Assembly (NCBI GenBank): GCA_964577305.1
Contig: CAZNYS010000008.1
Span: forward strand, 12,635 to 76,634
Source: an uncultured Rikenellaceae bacterium
GTDB lineage: Bacteria > Bacteroidota > Bacteroidia > Bacteroidales > VadinHA17
Length of the DNA: 64,000 nt
Reading direction: 5' to 3'
Position 1 is the first letter of the stretch. Each line of letters begins with the position of its first letter. The translations under genes and the position numbers were made by a program. The notes below the pieces were generated by a model. That model was given only the letters and a program-made list of their open reading frames with translations, had not been told where the DNA came from and did not search any database. This document shows positions 26,915 through 34,490 of the stretch, in pieces.

Positions 26915-27929
26915 GTAATTTATTCATAATTTCGTCAAGCTGATATTCCTTCTGTATTGCCGTGCCTATGCCATTAAGCAGTATAAAATAAATATTAGTG
27001 CCCTTCCTTTTTTTGTCTGCAAGGATCTTATCACTTATATCCGGCCAGCTGGTTTCTTTTGCTGGCAGTAATCCCAGCCGTTTAAATGTATACCTGATCC
27101 TTTCTGTTTCTCCCTTAGTTATTAGTCCTTCATCATATGATATCTCCACAGCAGCCATCATGCCCGCTGCAATTGAAATGCCATGGCCTAATCCTGTTGC
27201 TGACTCGATAGCATGGCCCAGTGTATGTCCAAAGTTCAGCACTCTCCGTTCACCAAGTTCCTTTTCATCTTTTTCAACAATAGATGCTTTTATTGCAATA
27301 GATTCTGATATTAATTTCTGCAGCAGGCCCTCTTCTCTTTCCAGTATACGGTTTATATTTTTCTCTATTAATTCAAATAATTCATAATCCCTGATAAGAG
27401 CATGTTTCACCAGTTCACCCAGGCCTGAAATGAATTCCTCATCAGGCAGGGTTTTCAGCAGACCTATATCGCAAATGACAAATGAAGGCTGGTTAAAACA
27501 ACCGATAATGTTCTTTATTCCGTTTACATTTACCCCGTTTTTCCCTCCTATACTGGCGTCCACCTGTGAAAGCAAGGTTGTCGAAACAAATCCGAATTTC
27601 GTACCCCTCATGAATATTGAAGCTACAAAGCCTGTAATATCACACACAATACCTCCACCTATACCAAGAAGGAATGAGGATCTGTCAGCACCAATAGCCA
27701 GAAGGTGTTTTATTATGGTTTCCACTGTATCCGGTTCCTTCACAGCTTCGCCAGTACCTATTGTTATTACAGGATATTCCGGGAAATGATGACCGTAAAG
27801 ACCACCTACATTTATATCAGTAATAATAATAACGTCCTTTCCCGGCAGCATTTCATCAATTAATTCCCATGCATTGCCCATATAGACATTGGTCCCGGAA
27901 TTACCATATTTTATTTCCATTTTATACAA
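26898..27929 (-). CDS. aroB: 3-dehydroquinate synthase
   Basis: 343 aa with the blocks GGGIVCDITGFVAS, GGKNGVN and FGHTLGHAIE. Confidence 0.9.
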   Translation of the reverse strand: MYKMEIKYGNSGTNVYMGNAWELIDEMLPGKDVIIITDINVGGLYGHHFPEYPVITIGTGEAVKEPDTVETIIKHLLAIGADRSSFLLGIGGGIVCDITGFVASIFMRGTKFGFVSTTLLSQVDASIGGKNGVNVNGIKNIIGCFNQPSFVICDIGLLKTLPDEEFISGLGELVKHALIRDYELFELIEKNINRILEREEGLLQKLISESIAIKASIVEKDEKELGERRVLNFGHTLGHAIESATGLGHGISIAAGMMAAVEISYDEGLITKGETERIRYTFKRLGLLPAKETSWPDISDKILADKKRKGTNIYFILLNGIGTAIQKEYQLDEIMNKLRDKTS

Positions 27930-27969
27930 CGGTAGATATTTAATCCTTAAAGGTATTAAATCGAATCAA

Positions 27970-29049
27970 CTAATTCATCACCTTATTCTGGAAGCTGATG
28001 GATTCCTGATGTATCTGTTTAAATATTTGTATAATAAACTGATCACTCATCCCCATCTGCCTGGCTTTTGCCAGCCTGTCTTCCAGTATTTCAGACCAAC
28101 GCCCGGTTTGCAGAATTGTAATATTCTCTTTTTTCTTATACTTACCTATCTCCTCAGATATTAACATCCTGTTTCTTAACACTCTTATTAATTCAGTATC
28201 CCAATGGTCGATCTGCCTCCTGTATTCGGTCAGACCTTCCAGTTGTCTTGTATTATCGATTTCTGATTTTCTGTGAATAAGGCCTGCAAGTAATGTTTTC
28301 AATTCATCAGGTGTAATTTGCTGATCTTTATCACTCAAAGCAGTCTCAGGCTTATAATGCGATTCAATAAAAAGTCCATCAAAATCCAGGTCCATAGCTG
28401 TTTGCGATATGTTGAAAAGTAAATCCCGATTCCCGCATATATGGCTTGGATCAGTAATGACAGGCAATTCCGGTATTCTTCTTTTTAGTTCAATTGGAAT
28501 TTCCCACTGCGGCATATTGCGATAAGGCGAATGCCCATAATAACTGAATCCCCTGTGTATGGCAGCAAGTTTTTTTATCCCGGCCTTATTCAACCTTTCA
28601 AAAGCACCTATCCACAGTTCTATATCCGGATTAATGGGATTTTTAATAAAAACAGGAATATCGAGTCCCCTGAGTCCGTCAGCCAGTTCCTGCACTGCAA
28701 ATGGATTAGCGGTAGTACGTGCTCCCACCCATATAATATCTACCCCATATTTAAGTGCTTCTTTTAGATGCCACACATTTGCCACTTCTATGGCAGTGAG
28801 CATACCGGTCTCTTCCTTTACTCTTTTTATCCATGGCAGGGCGACTGAACCCAATCCCTCAAATGTGTCAGGCCTGGTTCTGGGCTTCCATATACCTGCC
28901 CTGAATATTTTTACCTTACTATCAGCCAGAAGTCTTGCTGTTTCAATAACCTGTTCCTCAGACTCGGCACTGCAGGGGCCTGAGATTATCAATGGTTTTT
29001 TATCCTTTCTGAACAGGCTGTTCTTGTTAAGATCCAGTTTGTCTTGCAT
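27970..29049 (-). CDS. Bifunctional DAHP synthase (type I-beta, KDO8PS-like) / chorismate mutase (C-terminal AroQ-class CM domain)
   Basis: The N-terminal ~265 aa is DAHPS-like (IISGPCSAESEEQV, DPSHICGNRD). The C-terminal ~90 aa is CM-like (ELIRVLRNRMLISEEIGKYKK...). Confidence 0.85.
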   Translation of the reverse strand: MQDKLDLNKNSLFRKDKKPLIISGPCSAESEEQVIETARLLADSKVKIFRAGIWKPRTRPDTFEGLGSVALPWIKRVKEETGMLTAIEVANVWHLKEALKYGVDIIWVGARTTANPFAVQELADGLRGLDIPVFIKNPINPDIELWIGAFERLNKAGIKKLAAIHRGFSYYGHSPYRNMPQWEIPIELKRRIPELPVITDPSHICGNRDLLFNISQTAMDLDFDGLFIESHYKPETALSDKDQQITPDELKTLLAGLIHRKSEIDNTRQLEGLTEYRRQIDHWDTELIRVLRNRMLISEEIGKYKKKENITILQTGRWSEILEDRLAKARQMGMSDQFIIQIFKQIHQESISFQNKVMN

Positions 29050-29056
29050 AATGTAG

Positions 29057-30205
29057 TTATTTTACTCTTTCCATAGCTTCTTTTATCCTTGATTCTTTAA
29101 GACTTAGAGATGTTCTGACATACCTCCTTCCATTCAAACCAAATACCAATCCGGGCGTAATAAACAAGTGGTATTTATCCAAACAGTGGTCTGAGAACTC
29201 ATATGAATCAGCAAATCTATCCGGTATTCTCGACCAGAGGAACATCCCGGACTGATCACTCGTTGTTGAGCAACCAAGACGAAGAAGCAAATCATAAACC
29301 ATTTGCTGTCGTAGCGAGTATATTAAATTGAGCTTATCATACCAGTCCTGCCCAATTCTGAAGGCTTTGATTGCAGCCTGCTGTATAGGAAGAAACATCC
29401 CTGAATCAATATTACTTTTAATCTTAAGGATATCATTTATGTGTTCTTCATGGCCAACTACCATTCCCAGTCTCCATCCTGCCATATTATGAGATTTACT
29501 TAGTGAGTTAAGCTCAAGAACATTTTCAAATGAATTAACTGATGAAAGAATGCTCAGGGGTTTATTGTTAAGAATGAAACTATAAGGATTATCGTTAACA
29601 ACTAAGATATTATGTTTACGGGCAAAATTAACCAGATCCCTGAATAATTTATCTGTTGCCCTCACTCCGGCAGGCATATTCGGATAGTTAACCCACATCA
29701 GTTTAATTCCCTGTAAATCGGTGCTCTCTATACTTTTCAGATCAGGCATCCAGTTATTTTCTTTACTCAGATCATAATAGATACACCTGGCACCACATAT
29801 CCTGGCGGCTGTCGCATATGCAGGGTAACCAGTGTCAGGAACAAGGACAGCATCCTCCATGTTCAGGTATGCCATACTTATATGCATTATTCCTTCTTTG
29901 GAGCCAATGAGTGGAAGTACCTGGCTGCCAGGATCCGGTTTAACATCGTAATAACGGTAATACCAGTCAGATATGGCTGATCTCAATTCGTCAATACCTC
30001 TATAGGGTTGATAACCATGAGCTTCTGCATTATTGCAACTGTTGGTGAGAGCATCAATAACTTCATCTGGTGGCAGAATATCAGGATTTCCAATTCCCAT
30101 GTTTATGATATCGATACCAGCTGAAATCATCTCCCTTATTATGGATAATTTGCCTGAGAAATAGTATTCTTTTGCCTGTTTTGTTCTGTTTGCTGAATCT
30201 ACCAT
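29057..30205 (-). CDS. Class I/II PLP aminotransferase, likely aromatic/prephenate aminotransferase; first gene of the aromatic operon
   Basis: 382 aa with the SLSKSHNMAGWRLG PLP-lysine motif. The functional guess rests on operon context. Confidence 0.8.
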   Translation of the reverse strand: MVDSANRTKQAKEYYFSGKLSIIREMISAGIDIINMGIGNPDILPPDEVIDALTNSCNNAEAHGYQPYRGIDELRSAISDWYYRYYDVKPDPGSQVLPLIGSKEGIMHISMAYLNMEDAVLVPDTGYPAYATAARICGARCIYYDLSKENNWMPDLKSIESTDLQGIKLMWVNYPNMPAGVRATDKLFRDLVNFARKHNILVVNDNPYSFILNNKPLSILSSVNSFENVLELNSLSKSHNMAGWRLGMVVGHEEHINDILKIKSNIDSGMFLPIQQAAIKAFRIGQDWYDKLNLIYSLRQQMVYDLLLRLGCSTTSDQSGMFLWSRIPDRFADSYEFSDHCLDKYHLFITPGLVFGLNGRRYVRTSLSLKESRIKEAMERVK

Positions 30206-30211
30206 AGAGTT

Positions 30212-30238
30212 AAAAAAAAGCCCCTCCTGAGGAGGGGC
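30212..30238 (-). terminator. Attenuator terminator in the 5' leader of the aromatic operon
   Basis: The minus strand reads GCCCCTCC-TCA-GGAGGGGC followed by T8, ending 6 nt before the aminotransferase ATG (30205). Confidence 0.7.
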
Positions 30239-30274
30239 TGTGTTTTAAATATTATATATACGAATATATCCCTC

Positions 30275-30331
30275 CTACTTTACTTCATTGAAGTAATAAT
30301 AGTAGAAGAAATAGTTATTCGCATTTATCAT
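30275..30331 (-). CDS. Candidate Tyr/Phe leader peptide MINANNYFFYYYYFNEVK (18 aa)
   Basis: Hand translation gives ATG ATA AAT GCG AAT AAC TAT TTC TTC TAC TAT TAT TAC TTC AAT GAA GTA AAG TAG, with eight consecutive Tyr/Phe codons. The stop codon abuts AGGAGGG, which can pair with the 5' arm of the terminator. Confidence 0.6.
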   Translation of the reverse strand: MINANNYFFYYYYFNEVK

Positions 30332-30349
30332 CCCTTATCAATTTGGCAT

Positions 30350-30357
30350 CAAAATTA
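30350..30357 (-). promoter_or_regulatory. -7 promoter box (TAATTTTG on the minus strand) for the leader and aromatic operon
   Basis: Exact TAnnTTTG match, 19 nt upstream of the leader ATG. Confidence 0.45.
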
Positions 30358-30448
30358 AGCTTGTTTATTTTATTTGCAAATAATTATCCTGATTTTATGT
30401 TTTTTCTTACAACATTTAAGTGAAATATGTATTATTGTATATTGCCGT

Positions 30449-31102
30449 ATGAGAATAAGAGAAAGATATAAGGGAGTAATTGACTATTTCCTCGAGCACA
30501 GGCCTGTTGCAGAAACAGAACTTATCTATACAGACCCATTTGAACTAATTGTTGCAGTTGTTCTATCTGCGCAGTGCACTGATAAACGGGTAAATATGAT
30601 TACCCCGGAGCTATTCCGCCGCTTTCCCGGAGCAAAAGAAATGGCAGAGGCCGATACAGATGAAATCCTGGAATATATCAAATCATGTTCTTATCCCAAT
30701 AGTAAAGCAAGATATCTTAAAGCGATATCAGAGGTACTGGTTTCCAAATTCAATAATACAGTTCCCTCTGATATTAGTGAATTACAAAAGCTACCGGGTG
30801 TAGGCCGTAAAACAGCCAATGTAATAGCCTGCGTAATATTCAACCAGCCTGTAATGCCTGTTGATACTCATGTTTTAAGGGTCTCGGCTCGAATCGGTCT
30901 GACAAATAATGCCCGGACACCACTGGCAGCAGAAAAACAGCTTACAGCAAATATCCCTGAAAAACTTATCCCGCTTGCTCATCACTGGCTGATACTTCAT
31001 GGCAGGTATGTCTGTAAGGCCAGGAAACCATTATGCCAGCAATGTGGCATAAATGATTATTGTAAATATTATAAGCTGCATAGCAAACAGGAAAGAAAAT
31101 AA
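30449..31102 (+). CDS. nth: Endonuclease III
   Basis: It has an HhH-GPD motif (LPGVGRKTANV) and a C-terminal 4Fe-4S loop (CKARKPLCQQCGINDYC). I prefer the ATG at 30449 over the upstream start of the listed ORF (30374). Confidence 0.9.
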   Translation: MRIRERYKGVIDYFLEHRPVAETELIYTDPFELIVAVVLSAQCTDKRVNMITPELFRRFPGAKEMAEADTDEILEYIKSCSYPNSKARYLKAISEVLVSKFNNTVPSDISELQKLPGVGRKTANVIACVIFNQPVMPVDTHVLRVSARIGLTNNARTPLAAEKQLTANIPEKLIPLAHHWLILHGRYVCKARKPLCQQCGINDYCKYYKLHSKQERK

Positions 31103-31113
31103 AATAATAATTA

Positions 31114-31121
31114 TACTTTTG
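31114..31121 (+). promoter_or_regulatory. -7 promoter box TACTTTTG for the sensor kinase gene
   Basis: Exact TAnnTTTG match, 25 nt upstream of the ATG at 31146. Confidence 0.45.
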
Positions 31122-31145
31122 ACCAAATAAAATATTTTCGTCCGT

Positions 31146-33278
31146 ATGCGAATAAAAACGAAAATAAACCGGCTTCTGGAGGTAAATGCAGAACTGAAGA
31201 AAAAAGTTGAAGAGCTTGAGAACCAGGCGAGCGAAAGAGATTCAGTAAGTTCAAATTTTGATAACCTGCTGAAAGAAAAGGCCCTGCTGGAGACACTTAT
31301 TGACACAGCTCCTGAATCTATAGTACAAACTACGACCGAGGGTGTAATTGAAAGAATTAATGAGGAATTTATAAGGGAATTCGGATATACCAGGGAAGAA
31401 GCTATAGGCAAAAATATTGATGACCTTGTTGTACCACCTGAATTGAGGAATGAAGGCATCAGTTATACCCGGCGAACAGCAAACAATGAAACTATAAGCA
31501 CTGATACTTACAGGATAAACAAGAATGGCGAAAAAATATATGTAAGCCTGATCATGCAGCCTGTAATGTTAAATGAGAATATCACTGCGTTGTATGCTAT
31601 TTACCGCAATATCTCAGTCAAAAAGAAGGACGACGATACAAAGTCAGTTATATATAATATTTCTGCAGCTGCGCTTACAATGACAGAGTTTTCTGATATT
31701 TTCAACTCAATAAAAGATGAGATTGGAAAAATATGGGATACGAAGAATTTCTATATAGTCCTTTATAATAAAGATACTGAAACCCTTACCTTATCCTTCT
31801 TCCAGGATGAGAAAGATCATTTTGAAGAGGTGCCTGTAAAAAACACCATTACCGGATGGCTAATAAAGGAGAACAGGCCCGTACTCCTCAAAGAGGCTGA
31901 TATTGATGAACTTGAGAGACAGGGCGAAATAGCATTGGTTGGTACACCATGTAAGGTATGGCTTGGCGTGCCACTGAGCGTTGAAAATGAAATAACGGGA
32001 GCCATGGTACTCCAGGATTATAATAATGAAAATATATTTACAAAGGACGACCTGCGGCTGCTCAGTCTTATAGGTAACCAGATAGCTCTTGCCATACAAC
32101 GTAAACGAATGCTGAACAATCTCATCCTCGAAAGAAGGAAGGCTGAAGAAGCAGCAAAGCTGAAACAACAATTTATGTCCACTATGAGCCACGAAATAAG
32201 GACTTCCCTGAACGAAGTTATAGGTATTAACAACCTCCTTCTCCAGGGTAATCCACGTGAGGACCAGATGGAATATATAAAGACATTGCGTTTCTCAGCC
32301 AATCATTTACTAACCCTGGTAAATGATGTTCTTGACTATACAAAGCTGGAATCAGGGAACATCAGCTTTGAAAGAACGAGGTTTGATATCTTCGAGTTTG
32401 CAGATGAATTAAAACGATCATATTCATTCAAAACAAGAAACAAGAATCTCGATTTTATACTGAAAGTAGATAGAAGTATCCCATCTGATATAATTGGTGA
32501 TCCTGTCAGACTTAACCAGATATTATCAAACCTCCTTTCAAATGCGGTAAAATTCACTTCTAAAGGTAGTATTGAACTGATTGTAAATGAAATATCAAGG
32601 TCGAATAAAGAAATAAACCTTAACTTCATTGTGAGGGATACTGGCATTGGTATACCATCCGACAAGCAGGAGGTAATCTTTGAAAGCTTTAAACAGGCTT
32701 CGGATGATACAACCAGGAAGTATGGAGGGACGGGACTGGGCCTTTCAATAAGTAAAAAGCTTGTTGAGCTCCAGGGAGGAAGTCTTAATGTGGACAGCAA
32801 ACCAGGTCAGGGATCAACCTTCTTTTTCAATATGAGATTTATAGTGGCATCCAGTCATGAAAAGAAAAAAATTGCCGGTGAAGTTGAGGAACGCTGGGAT
32901 GAATTAACAGGGAAGAAGATCCTCATTGCTGAAGACAATAGGATCAACTTCTTTGTAGCCAATAAATTCTTAACAAAATGGGGTATTGTAGTAACACATG
33001 CTGAGAATGGTAAGATAGCACTTGACCTTATTAGGGATAATAAATACGATCTTATATTAATGGATCTTCATATGCCTGATGTTGATGGCATTGAAGCAAC
33101 GGAAATAATAAGAAATTCGGATAATCCAGAGATAAAAAATCTGCCCATTGTTGCACTCACAGCAGCAATAATGTCGGACAATGAGAAAAAGCTCGAGGAA
33201 TTAGATATTAATGACTTTATCCTGAAACCATTTAAGCCAAGGGATCTGTACATGAAGATCCTTAAACATGCCAGGTAG
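31146..33278 (+). CDS. Cytoplasmic hybrid sensor histidine kinase / response regulator (coiled coil, PAS, GAF, HisKA, HATPase_c, REC)
   Basis: H-box STMSHEIRTSLNEV; N and G boxes (LLSNAVKFT, DTGIGIP, GGTGLGLSI); receiver domain ...DLILMDLHMPDVDG...KP. No TM helices are evident. Confidence 0.85.
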   Translation: MRIKTKINRLLEVNAELKKKVEELENQASERDSVSSNFDNLLKEKALLETLIDTAPESIVQTTTEGVIERINEEFIREFGYTREEAIGKNIDDLVVPPELRNEGISYTRRTANNETISTDTYRINKNGEKIYVSLIMQPVMLNENITALYAIYRNISVKKKDDDTKSVIYNISAAALTMTEFSDIFNSIKDEIGKIWDTKNFYIVLYNKDTETLTLSFFQDEKDHFEEVPVKNTITGWLIKENRPVLLKEADIDELERQGEIALVGTPCKVWLGVPLSVENEITGAMVLQDYNNENIFTKDDLRLLSLIGNQIALAIQRKRMLNNLILERRKAEEAAKLKQQFMSTMSHEIRTSLNEVIGINNLLLQGNPREDQMEYIKTLRFSANHLLTLVNDVLDYTKLESGNISFERTRFDIFEFADELKRSYSFKTRNKNLDFILKVDRSIPSDIIGDPVRLNQILSNLLSNAVKFTSKGSIELIVNEISRSNKEINLNFIVRDTGIGIPSDKQEVIFESFKQASDDTTRKYGGTGLGLSISKKLVELQGGSLNVDSKPGQGSTFFFNMRFIVASSHEKKKIAGEVEERWDELTGKKILIAEDNRINFFVANKFLTKWGIVVTHAENGKIALDLIRDNKYDLILMDLHMPDVDGIEATEIIRNSDNPEIKNLPIVALTAAIMSDNEKKLEELDINDFILKPFKPRDLYMKILKHAR

Positions 33279-33281
33279 ATT

Positions 33282-34490
33282 CTACCTTATACAGTATTTA
33301 CTTAACATACCCGATGCTTTCCTGTTGCCATATCTTAAGGCCATCCTGAAATCATGACATGCCTCTTCTGTTTTTCCCGAGTTTAATAAAGCAATCCCCA
33401 AGTTATAATAAGCATCCCCATCTCTTGGCCACAGGTCAAGTGCCATTGAATAATCATAAACAGCAGCATCCCAGGATTTAATTTTGAGATAAATATCTGC
33501 ACGGTCAGTAAAGCATTGCGCCTTACCGGGATGATTTTCAATGTTTTTTGAGAAATAGCGCAAGGCTTTGTTGTATTCACCCTTCTCGCCGGCTATTAGA
33601 CCTGCCTGCCTGTTTGAAAGTTCATCATCAGGATACAGTCCAAGATATTCCTCAGCCACCTCCAGCGCCCTGTCACGATCATTGGCCTTCCTCAGGTTTT
33701 CTGATTTCATAAATATCAATGCTGTTTCACCCGGGAAATATCCAAGTGCCCTGTCGCATGCATTTGCAGCACTTATATAATTACCAGTCTCCGCCAGTTG
33801 TTCTATGTATAATTTCCAGGTATTGTAATCTGCATCATCCCTGGCTACAGCTTTGGTAAGGTATTCAAGAGCCTCTGTGTTTTTATTACTTGCAGCTGAA
33901 ATCATCCCTTTTACGTAAAGTATCACCGGTTGCTCTCGGTATAAATTTTCAACCCCGGATAAAATATCTTCGGCCTTTTTTATTTTACCCGCTTTAATAT
34001 AATATTCAATTTCAGCAACAGCTTCTTCCAGCTGATTATACCATTCAGTTTTCCATAACTGCCTCCATTCAGGTGTTTCTTCCATGGAAGATAAATATCT
34101 GTCCAGCAAAATTTCCTTTCTGGGTAACCTGAAGTCTGACTGAAGATGATGCTGCAGGTTGGCAATAGCTTTTTCAGTCTCATTATTAATAGCATAAGCC
34201 CTGGCCAATCCCAGGTAACCAGAACCCGGTTTAAGCTTATTCGCCATTCCGAAGTCATTCACAGCAGCATCAGTTTTGCCTATCATCAAAAATGCTTCTC
34301 CCCGTCCTGTAAAAAGGCGATAATCATCACTCTTTTCCATTGCTGTAGTGTACAGGGTAATAGCCTCAGAATACAATGCCCTGTCCTTAAAGGCTGCAGC
34401 TTTAGTGAGATATTCATTATTATCCTGGGCTGAAATAATACTGCCCTGAAGTATAATAAATGCTAATAATATGTTGTATCTGAATCTCAT
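33282..34490 (-). CDS. Secreted tetratricopeptide-repeat protein
   Basis: It has a signal peptide and repeated TPR-like A..Y......A...F..AL motifs. Confidence 0.75.
   Translation of the reverse strand: MRFRYNILLAFIILQGSIISAQDNNEYLTKAAAFKDRALYSEAITLYTTAMEKSDDYRLFTGRGEAFLMIGKTDAAVNDFGMANKLKPGSGYLGLARAYAINNETEKAIANLQHHLQSDFRLPRKEILLDRYLSSMEETPEWRQLWKTEWYNQLEEAVAEIEYYIKAGKIKKAEDILSGVENLYREQPVILYVKGMISAASNKNTEALEYLTKAVARDDADYNTWKLYIEQLAETGNYISAANACDRALGYFPGETALIFMKSENLRKANDRDRALEVAEEYLGLYPDDELSNRQAGLIAGEKGEYNKALRYFSKNIENHPGKAQCFTDRADIYLKIKSWDAAVYDYSMALDLWPRDGDAYYNLGIALLNSGKTEEACHDFRMALRYGNRKASGMLSKYCIR

Noticed and set aside
30280-30324. Alternative leader frame ATG CGA ATA ACT ATT TCT TCT ACT ATT ATT ACT TCA ATG AAG TAA = MRITISSTIITSMK (Thr/Ile/Ser-rich, thr-leader-like)
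   Set aside because: It overlaps the Tyr/Phe frame. The downstream operon is aromatic rather than Thr/Ile, and its stop is further from the AGGAGGG antiterminator segment. The +1 frame MINANNYFFYYYYFNEVK fits the operon. The alternative is not strictly excluded.
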